A stretch of 64,000 bases of DNA from Gemmatimonadaceae bacterium (lineage in GTDB: Bacteria > Gemmatimonadota > Gemmatimonadetes > Gemmatimonadales > Gemmatimonadaceae). Positions 18,360 to 29,597 of this stretch are shown piece by piece. The stretch is taken from contig JBJMOW010000004.1 in assembly GCA_045803545.1 (NCBI GenBank), forward strand, positions 128,001 through 192,000. The letters run 5' to 3'. Position 1 is the first letter of the stretch; every line of letters starts with the position of its first letter. A program made the translations under genes and the position numbers. Under the pieces are notes generated by a model. That model did no database searches, had not been told where the DNA came from, and was given only the letters and a program-made list of their open reading frames with translations.

Positions 18360-20231
18360 ATGGATCGTCTCATTCATCTCGTCGTGGTTCAGTTCAAGCC
18401 GCGCAAAGGCGACTATGCTGCCAACCTCGCCCGCCTGGCCGGCATCTTCTCACAAATCGACAATCTAGATCCTCGACCTGATATAGCAGTCTTCTCCGAG
18501 ACGGCGCTGACCGGCTACTTCGTGGAAGGAGGCGTCCGCGACGTAGCATTGACCGCCGGCGCGCTGGCTCGCGATCTCAACGCGCAATACCTCGCGGCAG
18601 TTAATACACCGCGGCCCCTCGATGTTTGCATCGGGTTCTACGAGGTGTGGAACAACGCATTCTATAATAGCGCGCTCTATGTGACGCTGGGAACCGACGA
18701 GCCGGTAATAAGACACGTCCACCGCAAGCTGTTCCTGCCGACCTACGGGCTGTTCGACGAGGAGAGGTTTGTCGACCGCGGGTTCGAAGTCCGCGCATTC
18801 GACACCGATTGGGGCCGAGCCGCGATGCTGATCTGCGAAGACGCGTGGCACAGCCTCACCGGAACCGTTGCCGCGCTGGATGGGGCGACGATGATTTTCG
18901 TCGTCTCGGCGTCGCCGGGGCGCGGCGTATGGCCGCGCGAAGGCGAGGGTCCGGTGCCGGCAAATCTCAAGCGGTGGGAGCGACTGGCGCGCGACATCGC
19001 CGAAGAGCACGGCGTGTTCGTGGCGCTCGTCAATCTCGTCGGCACAGAAGGTGGGAAAACTTTTGCTGGCGGCTCGATTATCTGCGGGCCGCACGGTGAC
19101 GTGCGCGCACAGGCGCCGCTTTGGGATGAGGCGATGCTCACCATCTCGCTGGATCCGCAGGATTTGACGCGCGCACGGTCCGATGTGCCGTTGCTAACCG
19201 ATCTGCAGACGATGATGCCGCATTTGATGCGGAACGTCGATCGCATTCAGGCAGGTGAAAAACGAGAGCTCGGCTACGATGAGGAGCGGACAGATCCCGG
19301 CCCGCTCACTCCGCCCGCGGAGTCTCAGCCAACAACGAAGTCGAAGAAAACTGCCGCGGCGAGCCGAAATGGAAGCGACCCGATCACGGTGCTGCGCGCG
19401 CCGTCGACGCAGGCTGGCCCGCCGCCGATCGACATCGATCCCGAGCTGACGGCAAAGTGGCTCATCGCATTTCTGCGCGAGGAGTTCGAGCGCAGGAATT
19501 TTAGCCGCGCAGTTGTTGGTCTGTCCGGCGGTGTCGATTCCGCGGTCACGAGTTTCCTCGCCGCCGAAGCTCTCGGAGCGGAAAACGTGCTCGCGGTGAG
19601 AATGCCGTATCGCACCTCCAACCCCGATTCCCTCGCACACGCGCAGCTGGTAGTTGACGCCCTTGGCGTGAAGTCGCGGACCATCGACATCAGTCCGGCG
19701 GTCGATGGCTATCTGTCGAATGAGCCGGATGCGGATCCAGCTCGCCGCGGCAACGTGATGGCCCGCGAACGCATGATCATACTGTTCGACCAGTCGGCGA
19801 AGTGTCACGCACTTCCTGTCGGTACGGGCAACAAGACCGAGCGACTGCTAGGCTATTTCACCTGGCACGCCGATGATTCGCCACCAATCAATCCGCTCGG
19901 CGATCTATTCAAAACCCAGGTGTGGCAGCTCGCCAAATTCCTCGGCGTGCCGGAAGTGATCGTGAAAAAGCCGGCATCGGCCGATCTCATCGAAGGGCAG
20001 ACCGATGAAGGAGATTTCGGCATCAGCTATCCAGAGGCCGATCAAATCCTCAATTGGCTGATCAGCGGCTACAGTCCCGCGGCGCTAGCCGCTCGCGACT
20101 TCGATCCGCACAAAGTCGAGATCGTGCGCAAGCGGCTCGCCGGCACACACTGGAAGCGGAAATTGCCGACGGTCGCACTACTCAGTCCGACGGGAATCGG
20201 CGAATCGTATTTGAGGCCGGTCGACTACTGA
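18360..20231 (+). CDS. nadE: Glutamine-dependent NAD+ synthase (nitrilase plus synthetase domains)
   Basis: Nitrilase triad E (FSE), K (HRK), C (ICED); PP-loop SGGVDS; GNKTE; PSADL. Confidence 0.93.
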   Translation: MDRLIHLVVVQFKPRKGDYAANLARLAGIFSQIDNLDPRPDIAVFSETALTGYFVEGGVRDVALTAGALARDLNAQYLAAVNTPRPLDVCIGFYEVWNNAFYNSALYVTLGTDEPVIRHVHRKLFLPTYGLFDEERFVDRGFEVRAFDTDWGRAAMLICEDAWHSLTGTVAALDGATMIFVVSASPGRGVWPREGEGPVPANLKRWERLARDIAEEHGVFVALVNLVGTEGGKTFAGGSIICGPHGDVRAQAPLWDEAMLTISLDPQDLTRARSDVPLLTDLQTMMPHLMRNVDRIQAGEKRELGYDEERTDPGPLTPPAESQPTTKSKKTAAASRNGSDPITVLRAPSTQAGPPPIDIDPELTAKWLIAFLREEFERRNFSRAVVGLSGGVDSAVTSFLAAEALGAENVLAVRMPYRTSNPDSLAHAQLVVDALGVKSRTIDISPAVDGYLSNEPDADPARRGNVMARERMIILFDQSAKCHALPVGTGNKTERLLGYFTWHADDSPPINPLGDLFKTQVWQLAKFLGVPEVIVKKPASADLIEGQTDEGDFGISYPEADQILNWLISGYSPAALAARDFDPHKVEIVRKRLAGTHWKRKLPTVALLSPTGIGESYLRPVDY

Positions 20232-20292
20232 GCCTTACAGGAGACAGCGCCCGCCTTATGTAGTTAAGTCTCGATCTGCTATTTTGAATCAT

Positions 20293-22413
20293 ATGGCGAC
20301 TCGAACCATTCCAGACCGGAAAACCGCCGGAACACCCAGTGCGCGGCTGTCCCCTCAGCAGCTGGTTGCCGCCTACAAGAACATGTTTCTGTCACGAAGG
20401 CTGGACGACAAGGAAGTCCAGCTGAAGGGGCAAAACAAAATCTTTTTCCAAATCTCGGGCGCAGGTCACGAGGCGATTTTGACCGCCGCTGGGATGGTCT
20501 GCAAGTCGGCCTACGACTGGTTCTATACATACTATCGCGATCGCGCTCTTTGTCTCGAGCTGGGCGTAACACCGGCTGAGATGCTGTACGAGGCAGTCGG
20601 CGCAGCGATCGATCCGGCCTCGGGCGGGCGGCAGATGCCCAGTCACTGGGGCCACAAGAAGTACAACATCGTCTCCGCGTCGTCACCGACCGGCACTCAG
20701 TTCCTGCAGGGCGTTGGTTCGGCAGAGGCAACGCTGCGCGCGAAGCTGCTCGGGATCACCGAGGGTTTCCAGAAGGACGAAGTGGTGTTCATATCGACGG
20801 GTGAAGGCCAGACGAGCGAGGGCGAGTTCTGGGAGTCGCTCAACACCGCCTGCAATCTGAAACTGCCCGCGGTTTATCTGGTCGAGGACAACGGCTACGC
20901 GATCTCGGTGCCGGTCGAGGTGAACACCGCGGGCGGTAGCATTTCAAAGCTCGTACGGTCGTTCCCCAATCTTCTCGTCGAGGAGGTTGACGGATGCGAC
21001 CTCCTTGCGAGCTACGACGTGATGCAACGCGCAGTCGATTACGCGAGACAGAGAAAAGGGCCGGCACTGGTGCATGCAAAGGTAATCCGGCCCTATTCGC
21101 ATTCGTTATCGGACGACGAGAAGCTCTATCGCCCGCCCGCAGAGCGCGAGGCTGATGCGGCGCGCGATCCCGTCACGCAGTTCCCGAAGTGGCTGCTAAG
21201 TGAAGGGCATGCTACCCAAGACGACATCAAGCAGATTCAGGAAGAGGTCGACAGGATCGTGCTCGCGGCGACCGACGACGCGCTGGCGCAGCCGCAGCCG
21301 GGACCAGAAACGGTCTACTTCGGCGTTTACTCGCCGGATGTCGATCCGACAGGCGAACAGTTCGACACGGAGGACGATCCGCAGTTCTCCGGTGACCCGA
21401 CCACGATGGTCGATCTGCTAAACGCGTGCATGCGCGATGAGATGCGTCGCGACCAGAAAATCGTTGTCTTCGGCCAGGATGTCGCTGACGTGTCGCGCGA
21501 GGAACACCTCGACAAGGTCAAAGGAAAGGGTGGCGTGTTCAAAGTGACCTGGCGACTGCAGAAGGAGTTCGGCAGCGCTCGCGTCTACAACTCACCGCTC
21601 GCGGAGGCGAACATCGTCGGTCGCGCAATCGGACTCGCCGTGCGCGGATTCAAGCCAGTCGTCGAAGTCCAGTTCTTCGATTACATCTGGACCGCCTATA
21701 TGCAGCTGCGAGACGAGCTCGCAACGATGCGTTGGCGGTCGAACAACAATTTCTCGGCGCCCGTCGTAGTGCGCACGACCTACGGTGGTTACATCCGCGG
21801 TGCGATCTATCACTCGCAAACCGGCGCGACTCTGTTCACGCACTGCCCCGGATTGCGCGTGGTTTGTCCGGCGACAGCGCTCGATGCAAATGGGCTGTTG
21901 CGCACGGCGATCCGTTGCGACGATCCGGTGCTATTTCTCGAGCACAAGCATCTCTACCGACAGACTTACAACAAGTCGCCCTACCCAGGGCCGAACTTCA
22001 TGATTCCGTTCGGCAAAGCCAAGGTTCTTCGCGAAGGCAGCGACGTTACCGTCGTCACCTATGGGGCTACGGTGCAGCGCGCGGTGGTCGCAGCCAACGC
22101 GGTGGCCGACCAGGGCATCTCGGTGGAGGTGATCGACCTACGCACGCTCAGCCCGTGGGATAGAGAGGCCGTTTTTGAATCAGTCAAGAAGACTTCACGC
22201 GTCATCGTCGCCTACGAAGATTCGAAATCGTGGGGCTTTGGCGCGGAGATCTCCGCGTCGATCGCGGACGAATGCTTTGCGTGGCTCGATGCGCCCGTGA
22301 AACGGGTCGCATCGGCCGATACCTTCGTCGGTTACGCCCCTCGTCTCGAAGACGCGATTCTGCCGCAGGTCGACGACTTCAAGAAAGCGTACGAAGAGAT
22401 CGTGAAGTTTTAA
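20293..22413 (+). CDS. 2-oxoacid (likely branched-chain) dehydrogenase E1, fused alpha/beta subunits
   Basis: GHEA, YYRD and ThDP-binding GEG...EDN; HSLSDD; beta-domain PLAE, EVQFFDY and IDLRTL. Confidence 0.93.
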   Translation: MATRTIPDRKTAGTPSARLSPQQLVAAYKNMFLSRRLDDKEVQLKGQNKIFFQISGAGHEAILTAAGMVCKSAYDWFYTYYRDRALCLELGVTPAEMLYEAVGAAIDPASGGRQMPSHWGHKKYNIVSASSPTGTQFLQGVGSAEATLRAKLLGITEGFQKDEVVFISTGEGQTSEGEFWESLNTACNLKLPAVYLVEDNGYAISVPVEVNTAGGSISKLVRSFPNLLVEEVDGCDLLASYDVMQRAVDYARQRKGPALVHAKVIRPYSHSLSDDEKLYRPPAEREADAARDPVTQFPKWLLSEGHATQDDIKQIQEEVDRIVLAATDDALAQPQPGPETVYFGVYSPDVDPTGEQFDTEDDPQFSGDPTTMVDLLNACMRDEMRRDQKIVVFGQDVADVSREEHLDKVKGKGGVFKVTWRLQKEFGSARVYNSPLAEANIVGRAIGLAVRGFKPVVEVQFFDYIWTAYMQLRDELATMRWRSNNNFSAPVVVRTTYGGYIRGAIYHSQTGATLFTHCPGLRVVCPATALDANGLLRTAIRCDDPVLFLEHKHLYRQTYNKSPYPGPNFMIPFGKAKVLREGSDVTVVTYGATVQRAVVAANAVADQGISVEVIDLRTLSPWDREAVFESVKKTSRVIVAYEDSKSWGFGAEISASIADECFAWLDAPVKRVASADTFVGYAPRLEDAILPQVDDFKKAYEEIVKF

Positions 22414-23279
22414 TTGGGTGGGATCGCGCCGCCTGATTGAGGCTGCTGGACGTTGAGACTCGACATATCGAGCGCCTTGTAGCTGGCCGGCACCTCGAAC
22501 GCTTTTGGATCCGCAGCAACCCACTTGATGCCGGTGACGACCGCGTCCGTGTTAGTGACGCGCGGCGGCATCCCGGCAATCGTCATCGTCGCCGAGCTGG
22601 TCGCCTTGAGCGGAGTCGCTTTCGGAAGCTTTGCCTGCGCCGCTTTCATCTTCTCGGCGAACTCTTTGCTCGATCCGCTCAGTGTTGAAGCCATGTCGGC
22701 GCCGCTGAAGCTCGCGAACGGATTCACCGAGCCCTTGATGTCTGTCGCGTAGTAATAGTCGGACGTGGTCGCGATAGTAACGGTCTGCTGTTGACCCATG
22801 GCGTCGATGTTCATGGTCAGCCCGGTCCCGATTCTGTAATGAGTTGTCGGATGGCCGAGTATCGCCGGGCCGGCGCCGAGGCTGTCTACCGTCGCTTTGG
22901 TGTTGCTGAGGTTCATCTTCATGCCCATCTGCTGCGACTGCGCAAACATTTCCGCCGGACGCATCCGGATGTATCGACTGCCCTTGGTGTCGAGATAGGT
23001 CACCGTCTTCCCGCTGTCGCTGAGGATCATCGACATGGCGCCGTCGGCAGCCAGCGGTGAGACCTGCGCGCCGGCGCCTTTCATCGTCAGATCCATGCGC
23101 ACTTTGTCACCACTGCCGACGGCGTGACCGACGATGACTCCTGAGTCGGGCGTGCCAGCGACGGTCACGGTCGTGCGGAAATCAATCGCCAGGTTCTGAC
23201 TCTGCGCGTTTATTGCCATCGGCGCCAGCGTGACCAAAGCACAGCTCAGCGCGCGCGATGTGAACCTCATCCTCTGCAT
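22410..23279 (-). CDS. Secreted hypothetical protein (DUF4412-like)
   Basis: Signal peptide after ATG 23279/23270; [14 protein letters not shown] and FEVPASY motifs. Confidence 0.7.
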   Translation of the reverse strand: MQRMRFTSRALSCALVTLAPMAINAQSQNLAIDFRTTVTVAGTPDSGVIVGHAVGSGDKVRMDLTMKGAGAQVSPLAADGAMSMILSDSGKTVTYLDTKGSRYIRMRPAEMFAQSQQMGMKMNLSNTKATVDSLGAGPAILGHPTTHYRIGTGLTMNIDAMGQQQTVTIATTSDYYYATDIKGSVNPFASFSGADMASTLSGSSKEFAEKMKAAQAKLPKATPLKATSSATMTIAGMPPRVTNTDAVVTGIKWVAADPKAFEVPASYKALDMSSLNVQQPQSGGAIPPN

Positions 23280-23359
23280 CCTGATTTGGTGTTGAAGCAA
23301 TTGCGGAATCGCCGTCGAGAGACGTTTCGCCAACAATAAGGGTAACCCGAAGGCGCCGA

Positions 23360-24292
23360 TTAGTGCCCCGTCCGCGGCCATTTGATCGATGCTACGATAG
23401 AGGATGCAAGAACGAGGGCCACAACACCCAAAGAGATCCCAATTGGAATGTGGAACACCCCCTCGAGCAGCATCTTGGCGCCGATGAATACCAGGACCAT
23501 CGAAAGGCCGAGCTTAAGATAAACGAACTTGTCGACAATGCCGGCGAGCAGGAAATACAGCGCGCGCAATCCGAGCACTGCGCAGATGTTCGACGTGTAG
23601 ACGATGAACGGATCGCGCGTGACGGCAAAAATTGCGGGAATGGAATCAGTCGCAAACACGATGTCGGTGGTGTCGACGATCAGCAGCACAATGAAGAGTG
23701 GCGTTGCGGCGAGGTGACTGGTTCCGTCGGGGCGCTGCTCGCGCACGAAGAATTTCTTGCCGTGGTATTCCTTGGTAACCGGTACGAGCTTGCGCGCGGC
23801 GCGGAGTACCGGATCCCGCTCGGGATTGTAGGCCGCGTCGTCTTTCTGCAGGGCCATGCGGATGCCGGTGAAGACGAGAAATGCTCCGAAGATGTATAGG
23901 GTCCAGGCAAAGCGCGTCACCAGCGCTGAGCCCGCTACGATCATCACACCTCGGAGAACGAGCGCACCGATGATTCCCCAAAAAAGAACCCGGTGCTGGT
24001 ATTTCTCGGGGACGCCGAAATAAGTGAAGATCAATACGAAGACGAAGATGTTGTCCACTGACAGCGCGTACTCGATCAAGTAGCCGGTGAGAAACTCCAG
24101 TCCCGACTGCTTGCCCATCGTGAGATAGATCGCCAGGGCAAAGCAAAGCGACAGAGCCACCCAGATTCCGCTCCAGACCGCGGCTTCGCGCAACGAAACT
24201 TTTTCCGCCTTCCGATGAAGCACGCCGAGGTCCAGCGCGAGAATCGCGAGGACGACGAGGTTAAATCCGATCCAGCCATAGATCGAGTTCAC
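23360..24292 (-). CDS. TerC/Alx family membrane protein
   Basis: EYALSVDNIFVF, QHRVLFWG, DIVFATDSIPA and GLRALYF. Confidence 0.95.
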   Translation of the reverse strand: MNSIYGWIGFNLVVLAILALDLGVLHRKAEKVSLREAAVWSGIWVALSLCFALAIYLTMGKQSGLEFLTGYLIEYALSVDNIFVFVLIFTYFGVPEKYQHRVLFWGIIGALVLRGVMIVAGSALVTRFAWTLYIFGAFLVFTGIRMALQKDDAAYNPERDPVLRAARKLVPVTKEYHGKKFFVREQRPDGTSHLAATPLFIVLLIVDTTDIVFATDSIPAIFAVTRDPFIVYTSNICAVLGLRALYFLLAGIVDKFVYLKLGLSMVLVFIGAKMLLEGVFHIPIGISLGVVALVLASSIVASIKWPRTGH

Positions 24293-24328
24293 GGTGCGAC
24301 GCGGCGGCCGTCGTGAAACGCCGGCGCG

Positions 24329-24673
24329 TTACCGACGCTCAAGGGCGTCGCGCACGTCGAGAAGGATCTCGAAGTAGAGTTGCTCTCTGCGGTAAGCGAA
24401 GTCGAGCGTCGCCATTTGAGTCTGGTCTCCGGTGTTTTTTGCGCGCTCGAATGCTTCGCGGTACATCTCATCCAGATTGTCGAGGATTGTGGTGCGACTG
24501 CGTGACATTGCATTGCTCTCCGGGCTCGATTCGCTGCGGTTGTCCACCGACAGGTTGGCGAGACGCTCGAGCGCCGTCTCGGGGTCCTGACCTTCGAAGA
24601 TCAGTTTTTTCGCGGCCCCGAGTACGAGGCGGCGCGGATTGAATGGATTCGAGGGTGGCGGGGGCGGGGTCAC
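24329..24673 (-). CDS. Hypothetical protein
   Basis: 114-aa ORF with an amphipathic helical C-terminus, upstream of and co-oriented with terC; start uncertain. Confidence 0.6.
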   Translation of the reverse strand: MTPPPPPSNPFNPRRLVLGAAKKLIFEGQDPETALERLANLSVDNRSESSPESNAMSRSRTTILDNLDEMYREAFERAKNTGDQTQMATLDFAYRREQLYFEILLDVRDALERR

Positions 24674-24755
24674 TGCGAGTGTTACTGGACGAATGGGCGT
24701 GAAAGTTAAAGCAATGCGATGAAGGCGCGCTAATCATGAAATGCGCGTGAAATAC

Positions 24756-24791
24756 AAAAGGGGCGGAGAGACTTGCTTCTCCGCCCCTTTT
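24756..24791. terminator. Intrinsic terminator downstream of the Gly/Ser-rich gene
   Basis: AAAAGGGGCGGAGA-N8-TCTCCGCCCCTTTT. Confidence 0.85.
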
Positions 24792-24809
24792 TGTTCTTGC
24801 AGCGAGGAT

Positions 24810-25301
24810 CTAGATGTTCGATCCGCCTGAACTTCCAGACCCGCGTCCACTGGAGCCGCTGGACCCGCCTGACCCACCGACGTTGCCACTGGAAGATCCA
24901 CCGCTCGAATTTCCCATGCCACCCGAACCGCCCGAGCTACCGCCCGAGGATCCACCGCTGCTGCCACCCATTCCACCACCGGTACTGCTGCTTCCTGCAT
25001 CGCTGCTTCCACCATAGCCACCACCACTGGAGCCGCTCCCCTTATCAGAGCTTCCTCCAAACCCTCCGCCGCTGCTGCTGCCGCCGGATCCACCGAAGCT
25101 GCTCCCGCTTCCGCCGGTTCCGCTACCGGAGCCGCCGCTGCTCCCTCCGGTTCCGCTACCGGAGCCGCTGCTGGAGCCGCCAAAGCCGCCGCCCGATCCG
25201 CCGGAACTTCCCGAACCGCTACCGCTGCGGCTTCCACTCTGGCCGGATCCCGAATTGCTCTGGGAACCGGGGTTATTGATGTTCTTGTCGTTGTCTGCCA
25301 T
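24810..25301 (-). CDS. Gly/Ser-rich low-complexity protein (163 aa)
   Basis: Strong AAGGAGG SD before the ATG and its own terminator; 129/163 residues are G or S by hand count. Confidence 0.75.
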   Translation of the reverse strand: MADNDKNINNPGSQSNSGSGQSGSRSGSGSGSSGGSGGGFGGSSSGSGSGTGGSSGGSGSGTGGSGSSFGGSGGSSSGGGFGGSSDKGSGSSGGGYGGSSDAGSSSTGGGMGGSSGGSSGGSSGGSGGMGNSSGGSSSGNVGGSGGSSGSSGRGSGSSGGSNI

Positions 25302-25366
25302 GGTAATCCTCCTTCATTGGGCGATCTAGCAAACGCATGTCGCATGCCCATGATCGCCCTTTTCGT

Positions 25367-25696
25367 CTAGAGCCGATGGAAGACCGCCTCTTCCACAGGT
25401 CGTCCATTCTTCAGGTGCTCGACGACTATTTTTTCGAGCAATTCCGGTGTGACGTTCGCATACCAGATCCCTTCCGGATACACGACGACGATCGGACCGT
25501 TGCTGCACACGCCGAGGCAGGGAGTCTCACCTCTTTTTACGCGATCGGGACCGAAGAGCAGGTCCTCGCGCTGCAGCAGCTCGGCCAATCGCGAATACAA
25601 TTCGCGTCCGCGACGATCGGGTGAGCAGAAATTGCCGGTGCAGATGAGAACGTGATGGGAGTAGAGTTCCATCTGCGGCTTCGGTAGCGAAGGCAT
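25367..25696 (-). CDS. Thioredoxin-like [2Fe-2S] ferredoxin
   Basis: HVLIC...C...CLGVCSNGPIVVVYPEGIWY...HL motif. Confidence 0.92.
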   Translation of the reverse strand: MPSLPKPQMELYSHHVLICTGNFCSPDRRGRELYSRLAELLQREDLLFGPDRVKRGETPCLGVCSNGPIVVVYPEGIWYANVTPELLEKIVVEHLKNGRPVEEAVFHRL

Positions 25697-25770
25697 CCGG
25701 CAAAGATACTTGCATGGGGGAGAGCCGAGCCTGATTATGCTGTGAGCTCTCCTTATTTCAGGAGCCAACA

Positions 25771-26679
25771 ATGGGGGCGACAATCACACCTAACGCAACC
25801 GCTGTCGATCCATCGATCGCCGGCAAGGGCTACGTGCACCCTGAAGTTCTCGTCAGCACGGAATGGCTCGCAGAGCACATCGACGATCCCAGCATCAGAA
25901 TCATCGAGAGCGACGAGGACGTTCTCCTCTACGACACCGGCCACATTCCGGGTGCGCAGAAAGTGGACTGGCACCAGGATCTGAACGATCCCGTGTTGCG
26001 TGACTACGTCTCGCCCGAGCAGTTCGAAAAGCTTCTGCGCGAGAAAGGGATCGACGACAATACGACGGTGATTTTTTACGGCGACAAGAACAACTGGTGG
26101 GCGGCGTACGCTTTCTGGGTGTTTCAGCTATTCGGATTCACCAACGCGAAGTTGCTCGACGGTGGCCGGGTGAAGTGGCAGCAGGAAGGTCGTGCCATGA
26201 ACACCGACGTCCCGAAATTGGCCAGCACGAGCTACAAGGCGCCGAAGCGGTCCGACGAGAAAATTCGCGCGTTTTTCCAACAGGTGCGTGAGCATTCCGC
26301 GGCGGGCAGACCGTTGATCGACGTGCGGTCACCGGAAGAGTTCACGGGGCAGCGTACTCACATGCCGGACTATCCGCAGGAGGGAACGTTGCGCGGCGGG
26401 CACATCAAGGGAGCGCGCAGTGTGCCCTGGGCCCGGGCAGCTAATCCCGATGGAAGTTTCAAGGATGCGAATTCACTGCGAGGGATATACGAGCAGGAGA
26501 AAGGCCTGAAGAAGAGCGACGACATCATCGCCTACTGCCGCATTGGAGAACGTTCTTCACATACGTGGTTCGTGCTTACATACCTGTTAGGCTACGACAA
26601 GGTCAGGAACTACGACGGCAGCTGGACAGAATGGGGCAACGCGGTCAGAGTGCCGATCGAGAAGGGACCTGAGACGTGA
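25771..26679 (+). CDS. Tandem-domain rhodanese / thiosulfate sulfurtransferase
   Basis: GHIPGA, active-site [16 protein letters not shown]. Confidence 0.95.
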   Translation: MGATITPNATAVDPSIAGKGYVHPEVLVSTEWLAEHIDDPSIRIIESDEDVLLYDTGHIPGAQKVDWHQDLNDPVLRDYVSPEQFEKLLREKGIDDNTTVIFYGDKNNWWAAYAFWVFQLFGFTNAKLLDGGRVKWQQEGRAMNTDVPKLASTSYKAPKRSDEKIRAFFQQVREHSAAGRPLIDVRSPEEFTGQRTHMPDYPQEGTLRGGHIKGARSVPWARAANPDGSFKDANSLRGIYEQEKGLKKSDDIIAYCRIGERSSHTWFVLTYLLGYDKVRNYDGSWTEWGNAVRVPIEKGPET

Positions 26680-27110
26680 CAGCTCCGGCAGCAAGAGTAA
26701 AAGCGAAGCCGTCACTCATACATGTCACGTGGGCAGGTGATCACCAATTCGACGCGGGGCGGCCGGGCGGTCCAACGGCCCACATCGATGGAGATGGAAA
26801 AACTGCCCAATCTCCGCCCGAGACTCTGTTAACGGCGCTGGCGACGTGCGTGTCCTACGATGTTATCGACATCCTCGCCAAGCAGCGCACGCCGATCTCG
26901 TCTCTGGAAATCGATGTGGTCGGCGAGCGGGTCGACACCGTTCCACGTCGCTACAGGCACGTCACGATGAACTTTCGAATTGGCGGCACCGGTATCGAGA
27001 AAGAGAAAGCGCTACGCGCAATCGAGTTGTCGGCAAATAAGTACTGTTCGGTGAGGGAGACACTCCGTCCGGACCTGCAAATCGAGTGGACGGTAGAAAT
27101 CGCGGAGTGA
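26676..27110 (+). CDS. OsmC/YhfA family protein
   Basis: [13 protein letters not shown] and KYCSV two-Cys pattern; GTGA overlap with the rhodanese gene. Confidence 0.9.
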   Translation: MTAPAARVKAKPSLIHVTWAGDHQFDAGRPGGPTAHIDGDGKTAQSPPETLLTALATCVSYDVIDILAKQRTPISSLEIDVVGERVDTVPRRYRHVTMNFRIGGTGIEKEKALRAIELSANKYCSVRETLRPDLQIEWTVEIAE

Positions 27111-27124
27111 GGACTGAACCTGAT

Positions 27125-27304
27125 AACTACCGCGCTGGTAGCTGATAGCAGCATGCTGATAGCTGATCGCTGCCTGCTAACGCGACCGATCTCATCGCAT
27201 TAAAAGCGAACAGAACGCTTTTCCTCTGACTCCATCGCGATCTGTCCCGTCGCTTGCAGGGAATGGCTAATAGCGAGCTGCTACCAGCTAACAGCGAGGT
27301 AGTT
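27125..27304. repeat. Long imperfect inverted repeat (39-bp arms) with GCTGRTA-like heptamer periodicity and internal stems
   Basis: 27125-27163 versus reverse complement of 27266-27304: 32/39 identical. Inner pairings CCTGC/GCAGG, GCGAC/GTCGC, ATCGC/GCGAT and AAAAGCG/CGCTTTT. Confidence 0.85.
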
Positions 27305-27329
27305 GGCTTCTAGAGTCCGCAGTCCGCAC

Positions 27330-28274
27330 TCATCTCCGCCTTCCTCGTCCCGCCTTCTTCTCCTCTTGTTCTATCTCCTCCCTCAGCCGCAGATAACTAT
27401 CGTAGCGGTCCGCGCTGATGGCGCCTGACTCGACGGCTCCGCGGATTGCGCAGCCGGGCTCAGCGCGGTGCGTGCAGTTGCCGAAGCGGCACAAGGGGAT
27501 GACGTCGCGGAATTCGCGGAAACACGAATCGAGCTCGTTGGAAGACAGACCCCACGTCGCAATCTCTCGGAGGCCCGGCGTATCCACGACGTAGCCGGAG
27601 TCAGGGAGGGGGTGGAGCAACGCGCCGACCGTCGTGTGCCGGCCCTTGTTCACCGATTCGCTTACCTCGCCGACGCGCAGGTCGAGACCGGGGTACATCG
27701 CGTTCATCAACGACGATTTCCCGACACCAGACGGACCGGTTAGCGCAGACATTTTTCCTTCGAGCTGGTGGTGTAGCTCGTCCAGTCCGATGCGCTGCTT
27801 CACGCTGGTGAAGTGCACCGGAAACCCGGCTCGCACGTAATCGGAGAAAGCCTCCTCCGTCTCGGCGCGGTCGACCAGCTCGATCTTGTTGATGACGATC
27901 CGTGCGTCGAGCGAGTTCGCATCGGCGATCACCAGAAAGCGGTCGAGCATGCGACGATGCGGCTCCGGCTTCGCCGCGGCAAAGACGACGATGACCTGAT
28001 CGACGTTCGCTGCGACAGTGCGTTCGCCATGGCCACCGCCCGGTGCGCGACGCGCCAGCGCGGAATGTCGAGGCAGAATCTCTTCGATCGCCCAATGACT
28101 GCCGCGCGAATCAACATCGAGCACCACGCGGTCGCCGACTGCGAGCTTGCGCGCTTCGTCGGATTCCTTCTTGAGACGACCGCGGAGGGACGCTTCGTGG
28201 GTCTCACCCGAGCTCGCGCGAACGTTCCAGACTCCACCCGTACCATTGAGAACTACGCCTTCAGTGCGGGTCAA
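27330..28274 (-). CDS. rsgA: Ribosome small subunit-dependent GTPase A
   Basis: Permuted GTPase order NKIE, GPSGVGKS, GRHTT, DTPG; Zn finger CRFGNCTHRAEPGC. Confidence 0.96.
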   Translation of the reverse strand: MTRTEGVVLNGTGGVWNVRASSGETHEASLRGRLKKESDEARKLAVGDRVVLDVDSRGSHWAIEEILPRHSALARRAPGGGHGERTVAANVDQVIVVFAAAKPEPHRRMLDRFLVIADANSLDARIVINKIELVDRAETEEAFSDYVRAGFPVHFTSVKQRIGLDELHHQLEGKMSALTGPSGVGKSSLMNAMYPGLDLRVGEVSESVNKGRHTTVGALLHPLPDSGYVVDTPGLREIATWGLSSNELDSCFREFRDVIPLCRFGNCTHRAEPGCAIRGAVESGAISADRYDSYLRLREEIEQEEKKAGRGRRR

Positions 28275-28657
28275 CTCCTACCTTCTCGGCGCATTGCATC
28301 CCACCAGGTGGCTTGACTCGATTTCTCACCTCGAATCAGCGCGTCGAGCTTTGCCTTGACGTCGTTCAAGCTCAGCTCGCCGATCATGTGGCGAGCCTCT
28401 TCCTCGGTCTGCGCGTAGGAAAGGAATTCGGTCTCGAGGTGCCCACTGGCGACCGGATCGCCGTGACCCCAGCGCACGAACAACAGATAGGCAGCGAATG
28501 GGCGCGTCCTGTCACCGCTTTCATCGGTGACGATCTCGACGCTATACGACGTACCATCGCTTCCTTCAAATGCCGCCGGCCGATCGTGGACGGCACGGTA
28601 CCCTCCGATCGTGTTCGGATCTCCTTTGGAATGATCGGGAGGTATGAATCTGCCCAT
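28271..28657 (-). CDS. Conserved hypothetical protein
   Basis: Fills the gap between proline dehydrogenase and rsgA with an ATGA overlap; HDRPAAFEGSDG and HLETEFL motifs. Confidence 0.75.
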   Translation of the reverse strand: MGRFIPPDHSKGDPNTIGGYRAVHDRPAAFEGSDGTSYSVEIVTDESGDRTRPFAAYLLFVRWGHGDPVASGHLETEFLSYAQTEEEARHMIGELSLNDVKAKLDALIRGEKSSQATWWDAMRREGRS

Positions 28658-28658
28658 C

Positions 28659-29597
28659 TCAGCTCCGGCGTTTGCCAACCATTTCCTTCACCACGTTGCC
28701 GGTGATGAACGCGACGTTTGCCGGACGTTCCGCCAGTCGACGCATCAAATACGGGTACCACTGTGTGCCGAAGGGAACGTACACGCGCATCCGATAACCT
28801 TCGCGTACCAGCCTGTCCTGCAAATCCCTGCGCACGCCGTAGAGCATCTGAAACTCGTAACGATCGGAGGCGAGCTTCTTCTCTTTGGCGAAACGCTTTG
28901 CCTCTTTGATGATCGTTTCGTCGTGTGTCGCGATGCCTGCATAGTTGCCTCTTAACATCAGATCGTGCATGCAGCGCACGTAGGTCGAGTCGACATCCTT
29001 CTTCGCCGGATACGCAATCGTCTCAGGCTCCTTGTAGGCGCCTTTACACAGACGCACGCGCGCCTTCAACTGAATAGCACGCTCCACGTCGGCGAAGGTC
29101 CGGTAGAGATAGCTCTGTAGAACGATGCCGACATGCTCCCGATATGCCGGATACAGGCGTTGCTCGAAGAGATCGAGCGTGCGCTGAGTGTACTCACTCG
29201 ACTCCATATCGATGCGAACGAACGTGTTGTAATCGCGAGCCCGCTGCAGGATGCGATGCATGATCGAGACGCAGAGTTCTTCGGAGATGTCGAGTCCCAT
29301 CGCGGTCAGCTTCACGGACACATTCGCGTCCACTTTCTGCTGGTGAATCCTGTCGAGCATTTTCAGGTAGGAATCGCCCGCCGCGCGAGCCTCCGCCTCA
29401 TTGTGTACGCTCTCACCGAGCAGATCGAGAGAAGCCGTTATTCCACGCGCGTTGAGCCGTGTCACCGCGGCCAGCGCCGAGTCCAACGTCTCTCCGGCGA
29501 CGAACCGGTTGGCGAAGCTCTTCGCGACCCTGTTATTACGGACGAATTGGAAGATCTTCGGCTGTTCGGACAGGTATAGAAGAGCGCTGCGAAGCAT
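28659..29597 (-). CDS. Monofunctional proline dehydrogenase
   Basis: RFVAGE, DLLGE, SVKLT, RIDME, RLCKGAY, ATHD, QMLYG and YLMRRLAE. Confidence 0.95.
   Translation of the reverse strand: MLRSALLYLSEQPKIFQFVRNNRVAKSFANRFVAGETLDSALAAVTRLNARGITASLDLLGESVHNEAEARAAGDSYLKMLDRIHQQKVDANVSVKLTAMGLDISEELCVSIMHRILQRARDYNTFVRIDMESSEYTQRTLDLFEQRLYPAYREHVGIVLQSYLYRTFADVERAIQLKARVRLCKGAYKEPETIAYPAKKDVDSTYVRCMHDLMLRGNYAGIATHDETIIKEAKRFAKEKKLASDRYEFQMLYGVRRDLQDRLVREGYRMRVYVPFGTQWYPYLMRRLAERPANVAFITGNVVKEMVGKRRS

Noticed and set aside
24293..24328. yybP-ykoY (Mn2+) riboswitch expected upstream of terC
   Set aside because: Only 36 nt separate terC from the upstream ORF, and I could not recognise the motif there or further upstream.
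24734..25351. Alternative-frame ORFs over the Gly/Ser gene (205-aa Ala/Val-rich; 168-aa Arg/Cys/His-rich)
   Set aside because: They are by-products of stop-free low-complexity DNA; only the Gly/Ser frame has a strong SD and ends before the terminator.
9088..27318. CRISPR array or tRNA in the repeat-rich intergenic regions
   Set aside because: The repeats are inverted or 7-nt periodic with no repeat-spacer pattern, no cas genes are present, and I saw no cloverleaf or T-loop signature.
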